DNA of 64,000 bases from a candidate division FCPU426 bacterium (GTDB lineage: Bacteria > Oederibacteriota > Muellerivitia > Muellerivitales > Muellerivitaceae). Below, in pieces: positions 20,922-28,659 of the stretch (its first letter is position 1; every line of letters begins with the position of its first letter). Location of the stretch: the NCBI GenBank assembly GCA_963771075.1, contig CAVYSE010000011.1, forward strand, positions 256,001 to 320,000. The letters are read 5' to 3'. The notes under the pieces were generated by a model. That model was given only the letters and a program-made list of their open reading frames with translations, ran no database searches and had not been told where the DNA came from. The translations under genes were made by a program, and so were the position numbers.

Positions 20922-20993
20922 ATGGATGCCATCTATTCCGTTGTCATCATGGTTGGGTTACTAGCCTTGTCGATCTATTACCTAAACAGCTAA
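20922..20993 (+). CDS. 23-aa single-TM micropeptide MDAIYSVVIMVGLLALSIYYLNS
   Basis: GGAGG RBS, own promoter and terminator; shares LLALS(I/V)YYL with 25053-25163. Confidence 0.7.
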   Translation: MDAIYSVVIMVGLLALSIYYLNS

Positions 20994-21011
20994 AACCCCC
21001 TTTGAATGATC

Positions 21012-21049
21012 AAAAAGGCTCCCTGTCCAAGCGGGGGGCCTTTTTGTTT
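21012..21049 (+). terminator. Intrinsic terminator
   Basis: AAAAAGGCTCCC-loop-GGGGGCCTTTTT followed by GTTT. Confidence 0.7.
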
Positions 21050-21192
21050 GGTAGTGGTTCATTTTGAATAATTCCCCACTTTGAAAGGGGGGACAGGAGG
21101 GTATTAGACTTTAACGACAAGGCTAACTCCCCCTTAATCCCCCTCTTTCAGAGGGGGAAAAAGAAGGCCCGCCATCAAACTGATCCACTACC
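21050..21192. mobile_element. 143-bp MITE with 18-bp TIRs and 8-bp target-site duplication
   Basis: GGTAGTGGTTCATTTTGA (21050-21067) and TCAAACTGATCCACTACC (21175-21192) are 16/18 inverted; TTTTGTTT flanks both sides (21042-21049, 21193-21200). Confidence 0.8.
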
Positions 21193-21201
21193 TTTTGTTT
21201 T

Positions 21202-21237
21202 AAGTCGCCGCGTTGAAATCCCCGGCTTTAGCCGGGG
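21202..21237. repeat. IS200/IS605-end-like hairpin repeat, copy 1
   Basis: AAGTCGCCGCGTTGAAATCCCCGGCTTTAGCCGGGG is identical to 49895-49930. Confidence 0.75.
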
Positions 21238-21258
21238 ACGTGCGAATTACGCACGAGG

Positions 21259-21954
21259 TTATTCCACCTTCAGGCGGTAACCCACGCCCGATTCGGTGAG
21301 GATATACTGGGGCCGGTCGGGGTCGGCCTCGATCTTGTGGCGTAATTGATAGATATATATGCGGAGGTACTGGATCTGGTCCCCGCTGGCGGGCCCCCAA
21401 ACTTCCTTCAAAATTTGTTTCTGGGTCACGACTTTGCCCGCGAATCGAATCAAAACCGCCAACAAATCGTATTCGTTGGGGGTTAGGTGCACTTCCTGCC
21501 CCCGGACTGTCACCACCCTAGCGGCCATGTCCACCCTGAAATCGGGCGTCTCGAACACTGATTCTTCCCGGCCCTGCTTGACTCTTTGGGAATGCCGCAA
21601 GGCAACCCGAAGGCGGGCCATAAGCTCCCCCACGCCGAAGGGCTTGGTCAGGTAGTCGTCGGCCCCCGCGTCCAGCCCGGCGATCTTGTCTTTTTCCTTG
21701 CCCCGGGCGGTGATAATGATCACGGGTACCGTGGACCATTCCCGGAGCCGCCTCAAGACCTCCAGGCCATCCAGGTCGGGAAGCCCCAAGTCCAAAAGTA
21801 CCAGGTCGGGGTTATGGGAACTGGCCAAGGATAGGCCTTCTTCCCCGGTTTCCGCCTCCAGGAACTTGAATCCCTGGCTGGTCAGGGTGGGCTTCAGGAA
21901 GCGGCGAATAGGTTGTTCATCCTCAATGAGTAAAATGGTTCCCGTATCGACCAT
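21259..21954 (-). CDS. kdpE: KdpE response regulator (OmpR family), copy 1
   Basis: IEDE, LLDLGLPDLDG, GADDYLTKPF, HLTPNEY, YILTESGVGYR; AAGGAG RBS; downstream of kdpD. Confidence 0.92.
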   Translation of the reverse strand: MVDTGTILLIEDEQPIRRFLKPTLTSQGFKFLEAETGEEGLSLASSHNPDLVLLDLGLPDLDGLEVLRRLREWSTVPVIIITARGKEKDKIAGLDAGADDYLTKPFGVGELMARLRVALRHSQRVKQGREESVFETPDFRVDMAARVVTVRGQEVHLTPNEYDLLAVLIRFAGKVVTQKQILKEVWGPASGDQIQYLRIYIYQLRHKIEADPDRPQYILTESGVGYRLKVE

Positions 21955-22052
21955 AAGGTCTCCTTGATACCGCGACTGGTCCCCGTTTTGGTGAGTCGGT
22001 TCCAAACTATTTCTCCCCTTATTTTATGAAGAAACAAACGGCTTCGCCCGGA

Positions 22053-24740
22053 TTAATCCGCCTTTTCCGGCGGCGGCTGGAGCGGAATGGTAAAGCGGAA
22101 GACCGCCCCGCCCCCCGGCCGGTTCCTCGCTTGGATGGAACCTCCGTGGATTTCCACGATGCCCTTGCAGATCGCCAGCCCTAACCCCGCCCCTCCGCGC
22201 TTTTCCTTTTGGGGACCGCGATAGAATTTTTCGAACACTTTTTCCAGGTCCTCTTCGGGAAGCCCGGGGCCCTTGTCCATGACCTCGACCGCCACTTGCC
22301 CCTCTTCCAGCCGGAGGGATATCTCGATGGGGTTTTCGGCGGGCGTGTATTTGATGGCGTTTTCGACCAGGTTCACCAATACCTGCTCGATCAGCAAGGC
22401 GTCCATGGGCACCAGGGGCAGGTCGGGTTCGATATGGGTCTCCAGCTTCCGGTCCCCCAGCTTTTTCTCCAGCCGCATGATGGCCGAACCCACGACTTCC
22501 CCGGGGTACTGTTGTTCCAGGCGGGGTTTCACCGCCTTGGCCTCGAGTTTGGTCATTTCCAACAGGTTGTTCACCAGGCGTTCCAGCCGCTCGCTTTCGT
22601 CGTAAACATTCAAGAGCAGGTCGCTCCGGGTGCCCTCGTCCATTTTCTTGCCGTTCTCCAAAAGGCTGGAAATGGAACCCGTGATGGCGGCCAGGGGAGT
22701 GCGCAGGTCGTGGGAAAGGGAACTCAGGAGGGAACTGCGAAGCTTCTCCGCCTCCATCTGCATTTGGGTGTCCCTTTGCTTGTCCTCCAGCTTGTCCCCG
22801 GCCACGGCCAGGGCGGTCTGGTGGGCGAAAGCCTCCAACAAATGCAATTGCTCGGGGATGAAAAGCCGGTCGGCTTCCTTCGGCTTGACCCCCAACGCGC
22901 CTACGGGAGCGCCGGAAGCCAGCAAGGGCACGTAAAGAGCCTCGGTGGAAGGCAGGGTGTCGGTGCCCCGTCCGGCCATCTGGCCCAGGTCATAGGCCCA
23001 GTGGGCCACGCCTATTTCTTTCGGGGTGAGGTCGAAATCCTTCTGGTCGCCGCATTGGATCTTCAGGCGGCCCTCCGCGTCGGGCAGGAAGGCGATGACG
23101 GAACTTTCAAACACTTCGGCGATGTGCTTCACGGCGATTTCCAGGAGCTCGGCCGTGCCGCGGGTGGAGGCCAGTTCCCGGGAAAGGGCGTAGAGGGCGG
23201 CGGTGCGCCGTTCCCTCAGGCGGGAAACCTGGGCCTGGCGCCGGACCCTCACCGTCAGGTTGCTGATGGAAAGTCCCACCAATAACATCACCAGGAACAT
23301 GAATAAATATTGGGTGTCACTCACCGCGAAGGAAAACCGGGGCGGAACGAAAAAGAAATCGAAAGCGATGACGCTCAAAAAGGACGCCATGGTCGAGGGC
23401 CCGAAACCCAGTTTCGAGGACACGGCCAGGATGCCCAGAAGATAGACCATGATGAGGTTGGCTAGGTCCACGCCGGGGTAAAAGATCCAGGCCAGGCCGG
23501 TGCTGAGCCCCACGGCCAGGAGGGCCCAAAAATAACCCGCGGGTTTGAAGACGGCGCGGGCGCCCGGGGAGGCGGCGGCCCTTTTTTCCCGGGGGTCGGC
23601 CGATTCCCCCTGGGTTGTGTAGACATCGATGTCGCCGCTGAGACGGATCAAGAGGTCAATGGGGGAGGGCCGAAACAGGGATAGCCAGCCTCGCTTCAAG
23701 GGCTTTCCCACGAATATCTTGGTGACATTTCGGTGACGGGCGTAATCCATGACCTCTTCGGCGAAGAAGGATCCGCTGACAACGGCTGTTTCCGCCCCCA
23801 ACTGCTCGGCCAGGCGAAGGTTCTGGATGGCCTTGGAGCGGGTTTCATCCCCCTGGCGGGCCAGGTTCGGCGTTTCCACATAAAGGGCGATCCAGGGGGA
23901 CCTGAGGCTTTTCGCCATGCGGTGGGTGGCGCGCACCAGGCTGGCCGAGGAAGGGCTCGGCCCCACGCAAACCAGCAGGCGGTCCGCCGTCGCCCAGGTT
24001 TGGGTGATGGATTTGTCCCGGCGGTACACCTGAACCTGGTCGTTGACCCGGTCGGCGGTGGTCCTGAGGGCGATTTCCCTAAGGGCGATCAAGTTGCCCT
24101 TGCGGAAGAAATTCTGGGAAGCACGTTGGGCCGCGTCCGGCAGGTAGACTTTGCCGTCCCCCAGGCGCTTCAAAAGGTCGTCCGGCGGCAGGTCGATCAG
24201 CTCCACCTCATCCGCCATCTGCATGACCTTGTCGGGAAGGGTTTCCCGCACCACGATTCCCGTGATCTGGGCAACGATGTCGTTGAGGCTTTCCAGGTGC
24301 TGGACATTCAGGGTCGAGTAGACGTTCACGCCCAAATCCAGCAATTCCTGCACGTCCTGCCAGCGTTTCAGATGGCGGGATCCTTCCGCGTTGGTATGGG
24401 CCAGTTCATCCACCAGGAGCAGGCCGGGTTTGCGCGCCAGGGCGCCGTCGATGTCGAATTCATCCAGGCGGGTCCCGCGGTAGTCCACTTCCCGGGGAGG
24501 AAGAACCTCCAGGCCCGCCACCAGGGCGGCCGTTTCCTTCCGGCCGTGTGTCTCCACGAGGCCCACCACCACGTCCAGCCCTTCGGCCTTTTTGGCGCGG
24601 GCGGCCTCCAGCATGGAATAGGTCTTGCCCACGCCCGGGCAGGCACCGAAAAATATCTTCAGTTTCCCCTTTTTCTGGGCTAATTCTTCCGCCTGGACTT
24701 TTTCTAAGAGCTTGTCCGGGTCGGGTCTTTGGTTGTTCAT
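22053..24740 (-). CDS. kdpD: KdpD sensor histidine kinase, copy 1
   Basis: GACPGVGKT, VETHGRKET, LVDELAHTN, Usp domain, 4 TM, GAF, SHDLRTPL, HATPase GAGLGLAI. Confidence 0.95.
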   Translation of the reverse strand: MNNQRPDPDKLLEKVQAEELAQKKGKLKIFFGACPGVGKTYSMLEAARAKKAEGLDVVVGLVETHGRKETAALVAGLEVLPPREVDYRGTRLDEFDIDGALARKPGLLLVDELAHTNAEGSRHLKRWQDVQELLDLGVNVYSTLNVQHLESLNDIVAQITGIVVRETLPDKVMQMADEVELIDLPPDDLLKRLGDGKVYLPDAAQRASQNFFRKGNLIALREIALRTTADRVNDQVQVYRRDKSITQTWATADRLLVCVGPSPSSASLVRATHRMAKSLRSPWIALYVETPNLARQGDETRSKAIQNLRLAEQLGAETAVVSGSFFAEEVMDYARHRNVTKIFVGKPLKRGWLSLFRPSPIDLLIRLSGDIDVYTTQGESADPREKRAAASPGARAVFKPAGYFWALLAVGLSTGLAWIFYPGVDLANLIMVYLLGILAVSSKLGFGPSTMASFLSVIAFDFFFVPPRFSFAVSDTQYLFMFLVMLLVGLSISNLTVRVRRQAQVSRLRERRTAALYALSRELASTRGTAELLEIAVKHIAEVFESSVIAFLPDAEGRLKIQCGDQKDFDLTPKEIGVAHWAYDLGQMAGRGTDTLPSTEALYVPLLASGAPVGALGVKPKEADRLFIPEQLHLLEAFAHQTALAVAGDKLEDKQRDTQMQMEAEKLRSSLLSSLSHDLRTPLAAITGSISSLLENGKKMDEGTRSDLLLNVYDESERLERLVNNLLEMTKLEAKAVKPRLEQQYPGEVVGSAIMRLEKKLGDRKLETHIEPDLPLVPMDALLIEQVLVNLVENAIKYTPAENPIEISLRLEEGQVAVEVMDKGPGLPEEDLEKVFEKFYRGPQKEKRGGAGLGLAICKGIVEIHGGSIQARNRPGGGAVFRFTIPLQPPPEKAD

Positions 24741-24774
24741 GGAAAACACCTAAGGCCAAAAAAGTTAAACCCAA

Positions 24775-24879
24775 TCCAACAAAAAGCCGCTATGCCACAA
24801 GGAAAACCCAAACCCACCCCCGGGTGCCTCGTATTTACTCATTTTCACTTTAAACGGATCTTCGTGCCTTTGTGTTGAA
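24775..24879. repeat. Degenerate member of the CCAAG/CTTGG inverted-repeat family
   Basis: Left arm TCCAACAAAAAGCCGC...CACAAG, right arm CTTCGTGCCTTTGTGTTGAA; lies upstream of kdpD1. Confidence 0.4.
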
Positions 24880-24946
24880 ACTTCCTAGCTTAATTTTACC
24901 CTTCAAATCCGGGGGGGAACAGGGGAAGCATCGAAACTTGAGTGTT

Positions 24947-25012
24947 TTAATTTTTCCTTAATTGTTAGTGAAACCCTCTTAACAGCATCTTAATTGGCCG
25001 TTCATTTATCAT
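24947..25012 (+). promoter_or_regulatory. Putative KdpE-type promoter with two repeat pairs
   Basis: TTAAT-N6-TTAAA (24947); TTAAC-N6-TTAAT (24979, 32 bp later); 12 bp; TATCAT. Confidence 0.7.
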
Positions 25013-25052
25013 TCGCCTCGAGGTTCGAATTGATCCCTAGGGGAGGTTTGGC

Positions 25053-25163
25053 ATGGACAGCCTATGGCTTCCGGCAGGAATCGTTTTGGTTCTCTTGGCC
25101 TTAAGCGTTTATTACCTGGTGCAGATCGAAAAGATAGAGCTGAAGAAGGAGTCGGACACTTAA
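25053..25163 (+). CDS. 36-aa single-TM micropeptide MDSLWLPAGIVLVLLALSVYYLVQIEKIELKKESDT
   Basis: GGGAGG RBS; hydrophobic helix with charged tail; hairpin follows at about 25195-25241. Confidence 0.7.
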   Translation: MDSLWLPAGIVLVLLALSVYYLVQIEKIELKKESDT

Positions 25164-25511
25164 AAAAATTTAAAACCAATTGATGCGTCAGGGGAGGCGC
25201 GAGGGAACGGAAATGTAGACCATTTCCTTCCCACGCGCCTTTGCTATTTAAAGGGGCGGTTAGGGATTTGTTAGTTTCAAAAAATCGAGCGTTAGCTTTT
25301 CGTTAAGTTTTAGTTAGGAAGGAATGGAAAAGGAAAAACGGGCCGATCATTCGTTAATTTTTTATTAACGAACGAACTTTTTTCGTTAGGACCAAGTTAG
25401 GTTTCGGAGCGGGAAAAACAATTTAGTGTCATCTACACAAAAGTGCCCCGCGTGTTTCGCCCGTGAAAATAAATTTGGTTGTTAACAAAGCGTTTGTTAG
25501 GAAACGGAAAG

Positions 25512-25527
25512 TGGCACGAGGTTTGCT
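25512..25527 (+). promoter_or_regulatory. Sigma-54 (-24/-12) promoter
   Basis: TGGCAC-GAGGT-TTGCT matches TGGCAC-N5-TTGCW, in the intergenic region upstream of the porin. Confidence 0.75.
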
Positions 25528-25740
25528 TTTCGTAACGCCGAAAAGGGGCCGCCGAAAATTTGGCGCCTCATCGGAGTAGAAAATGGAAGGAAAATTTAAT
25601 AATTTTTTGAACCTCGTTTCCTGGGTTTTAGGAGAGATGTGGGAAACGTTGTTCTGAAGTCGAGCCGGGCCCTGAAAAATCGGAAAACCGGTTCGTAATT
25701 AATTTTGCTGGTCCCGGGAAACCGGGGAAAGGGGTGGGTT

Positions 25741-27366
25741 ATGAAAGCCGAAAGTTGGGTTCGGATCTTTAGAAAAGGAGCTGCTTTCCTGTTCGTGGTG
25801 TTGTTGCTCGCCGTGACAGGAAGGGCGCTTGCGGATAGCGCAACGCCGGTAGCAACTGCTGCGGCGACGCCGGCCGCTGCGCCATCAAGTCTGCAAGGGT
25901 TCATGAATTACGCGGACTTCACTTGGGTGAATGGGAATACGCGCGAACATGATTTCCCGCTGGACGGGAAGTTCTTTTCGCCCGAACTGCTGTTTGACAC
26001 TAATTACACCTACAATTTCGCCAATCCGAAAGACAACGTAGTCGACGGTTCCACTTGCGTGGAGCATTCAGGCCAGGTGGACGTCGAACACATCGGCGTC
26101 GGGGGTGATTTCCATATCCCGGTCGGGGACGGCGGGGATTACGTGAGAGCCCGGCTCATGACGGAATTCGGCAATTACGCCGAGCAGATCCCGCGCGATG
26201 ACGAAACTCCGGCCAAGGGCGCCTGGAATGTCATTCCGGGGGTACAATACCTTACGGAAGCCTACGGCGGCTATCACATCGCCATACCCGGAACGGATGG
26301 CATGAACATCGACATGGGCCAGTTCCCCTCTTACGTCGGGCTTTTCAGCTTTTACGATTCGGAAAACTGGTGCTACCAGGCTTCGTATGTTTCCTCAAAT
26401 ACGCCCTGGTTCTTCACGGGAATGCGCATCCAGTTTTTCCCCAATGATACCCTTAAGATCGAGCCCTGGCTGATCAACGGCTGGCAAACCTACGGGTCGT
26501 TCAACAACGGGGTTTATGGTCTTCCCATGGACTTGGGAATGGAAATCCGTTGGGCTCCGAATCCGAGCTTGGTGCTTATCTTCAACAACTACGCGGGAGC
26601 GGACAACCCGAATTCACCCGATTGCGTCAAGTACCACACGGATGACAGCGCCGTTGTCAAGTACATGGACGATCCGAAATCGGACGGCATCACTAAGATG
26701 GCCTTTTCCCTTACCTGCGACGCGGGGATGCAAACAGGGCCTATGTACGTAGGCTTTGCAAGCGGGGTTGGACCTGCTGGCACCACAAACGGTTCGGGTG
26801 GAGCCCTTTCCCCAACCGGCGGTGCTTATGTCGGGGCGGGCGCTAGTGGCAACGGCATTTTTGGAACCGGCGAATACGCCAATTCCCAAGGTTACGTGAA
26901 CGTGGGTCCTAACGGGCAAAACGGGGAAAGCTTCCTGGGGGCCATGTTCTACAACAGGATTTGGTTCGCCCACGATACCTGGGCCTTTACTTTCGGTGGC
27001 GGTGCGATGGAAAACCAAGGCGCTTATCTGGCCCTGCTTCCGCCGATTAACGGGGATACGGGGGCTAATTATTTCGGTGATACAAATGCCGTCGCGGCTT
27101 TCGGGGAATACCCGGGTGAGGCCTGGACAGCATGGGATTATGACTTTGGCCTGCAGTTCATGCCGGACCAGTACTTTACCGTCGACTTGGAATACACCCA
27201 CCGCGCTTCCAGTCTCAATTACTTCGTTGGGCCGGGCGGGATCACTTCCACGGATGGTTGGGGTCCCGGGGCGGGTACGGGTTCAACCCAAGTCAATGGG
27301 GGTTATTCACCGAACCTGGTTCAGACTGAGGACTTAATCATGAGCTCCATCATGGTGCACATATAA
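25741..27366 (+). CDS. Outer-membrane beta-barrel porin (BBP2/DUF1597-like)
   Basis: Signal peptide; EAYGGYH, IDMGQFPSYVGL, NTPWFFTGMR, WLINGWQ segments typical of the family; amphipathic C-terminal strand. Confidence 0.75.
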   Translation: MKAESWVRIFRKGAAFLFVVLLLAVTGRALADSATPVATAAATPAAAPSSLQGFMNYADFTWVNGNTREHDFPLDGKFFSPELLFDTNYTYNFANPKDNVVDGSTCVEHSGQVDVEHIGVGGDFHIPVGDGGDYVRARLMTEFGNYAEQIPRDDETPAKGAWNVIPGVQYLTEAYGGYHIAIPGTDGMNIDMGQFPSYVGLFSFYDSENWCYQASYVSSNTPWFFTGMRIQFFPNDTLKIEPWLINGWQTYGSFNNGVYGLPMDLGMEIRWAPNPSLVLIFNNYAGADNPNSPDCVKYHTDDSAVVKYMDDPKSDGITKMAFSLTCDAGMQTGPMYVGFASGVGPAGTTNGSGGALSPTGGAYVGAGASGNGIFGTGEYANSQGYVNVGPNGQNGESFLGAMFYNRIWFAHDTWAFTFGGGAMENQGAYLALLPPINGDTGANYFGDTNAVAAFGEYPGEAWTAWDYDFGLQFMPDQYFTVDLEYTHRASSLNYFVGPGGITSTDGWGPGAGTGSTQVNGGYSPNLVQTEDLIMSSIMVHI

Positions 27367-27466
27367 CCTGGATTGCGGAAGGATGATTTAGCGGGAAAAG
27401 AACATGCGGCGATGGGCCTGGTTTCAGGGACCCGGCTCAACGCCCTCCTAACCAACTTTTGGGGAG

Positions 27467-27498
27467 AGGGACGGCCCGCCAAGCCGTCCCTTTTTTTT
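27467..27498 (+). terminator. Intrinsic terminator
   Basis: AGGGACGGC-loop-GCCGTCCCT followed by a T run. Confidence 0.85.
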
Positions 27499-27551
27499 GG
27501 CCCGGTTTGAGTTGCTTGGTCCTTAAGCCGGGGGGGTGGAGTCCATGAACT

Positions 27552-27585
27552 TTGATGAATTTTTAATGGGCACAGGTTGGATAAT
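27552..27585 (+). promoter_or_regulatory. Putative KdpE-type promoter of kdpE2
   Basis: TTGAT-gaattt-TTAAT, 12 bp, GATAAT. Confidence 0.55.
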
Positions 27586-27612
27586 GATCCAGTCGATAAT
27601 GAGGTGAGAACA

Positions 27613-28332
27613 ATGCAAAACAAAAACGTGATTTTAATGATCGAGGATGAGCAACCCATCCGCCGTTTTTTGAAACCCTATCTGGAAAGCCATGACTTCA
27701 AGGTTTTGGAGGCCGGGACGGGGGAAGAGGGCCTCGCCATGGCCTCTTCCCACAAGCCGGACATCATCCTGCTTGATTTGGGCTTGCCGGACCTGGACGG
27801 CTTAGTCGTTCTCAAACGCTTGCGGGAATGGGCGTCGATTCCCATCATCATCCTGACCGCCCGGGGCAAGGAAAAAGAAAAGGTCGAGGGGTTGGACGCG
27901 GGCGCGGACGATTACCTGGCCAAGCCTTTTGATACAGAGGAACTGATGGCCCGGGTCAGGGTGGCTTTGCGCCACGTTATGCGGCTCAAACAGGGCGGCG
28001 AAGAAACGGTCTTCGAGACGCCGGATTTCAAGGTCGATATGGCGGCCCGAACCGTTCATGTGAGGGGAAAGGAAGTCCACCTCACACCCAATGAATACGA
28101 CTTATTGGTTTTGCTCATCCGCTATGTAGGCAAGGTAGTCACCCAAAAGCAGATTATGCAGGAGGTTTGGGGGCCCAACAGCACCGAACAGGGAACCTCC
28201 CTGCGGCTTTATATCCACCAATTGCGGCAGAAGATCGAGGCCAAGCCCGCCCACCCGAAATATATCCTGACCGAGCAGGGTGTGGGGTACCGGTTGAAAT
28301 ACGAGGAACCGTCCGTCTCGCCTTCCAAATAA
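27613..28332 (+). CDS. kdpE: KdpE response regulator, copy 2
   Basis: Close paralog of 21259-21954 (IEDEQPIRRFLKP, DLGLPDLDG, HLTPNEYDLL); GAGGTG RBS. Confidence 0.92.
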   Translation: MQNKNVILMIEDEQPIRRFLKPYLESHDFKVLEAGTGEEGLAMASSHKPDIILLDLGLPDLDGLVVLKRLREWASIPIIILTARGKEKEKVEGLDAGADDYLAKPFDTEELMARVRVALRHVMRLKQGGEETVFETPDFKVDMAARTVHVRGKEVHLTPNEYDLLVLLIRYVGKVVTQKQIMQEVWGPNSTEQGTSLRLYIHQLRQKIEAKPAHPKYILTEQGVGYRLKYEEPSVSPSK

Positions 28333-28352
28333 GAAGCTCAAACAGAAACGCA

Positions 28353-28544
28353 TTTAACCGCCAAGACACAAAGTTCGCCATGCCGACCTACAATAAAATA
28401 GTTTAAAGAGGTCGGTAGAGTAACGATTCCCACATTAGTTTTATGGTAAATCGGCACAAGGAAGAAAAAACGATAATTTTAGACTTTTTTCTGGTTTTCC
28501 TATCCTTATTTGTTCTAGGCGGTCTTGGCGTCTTGGTGGTGAAA
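28353..28544. repeat. CCGCCAAG...CTTGGCG inverted-repeat element
   Basis: TTTAACCGCCAAGACAC ... GCGTCTTGGTGGTGAAA flanking an AT-rich spacer. Confidence 0.7.
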
Positions 28545-28659
28545 AAATGTTTTCGTTTTGATTCTTGTTAGGGTCTCAAAGATTCTCCGGGCCTTTACAA
28601 CCCGGAATCCGATGGTATTTCAATGGTATTATTCCCGAAGCAAATCCTAGGTGGTTTTC

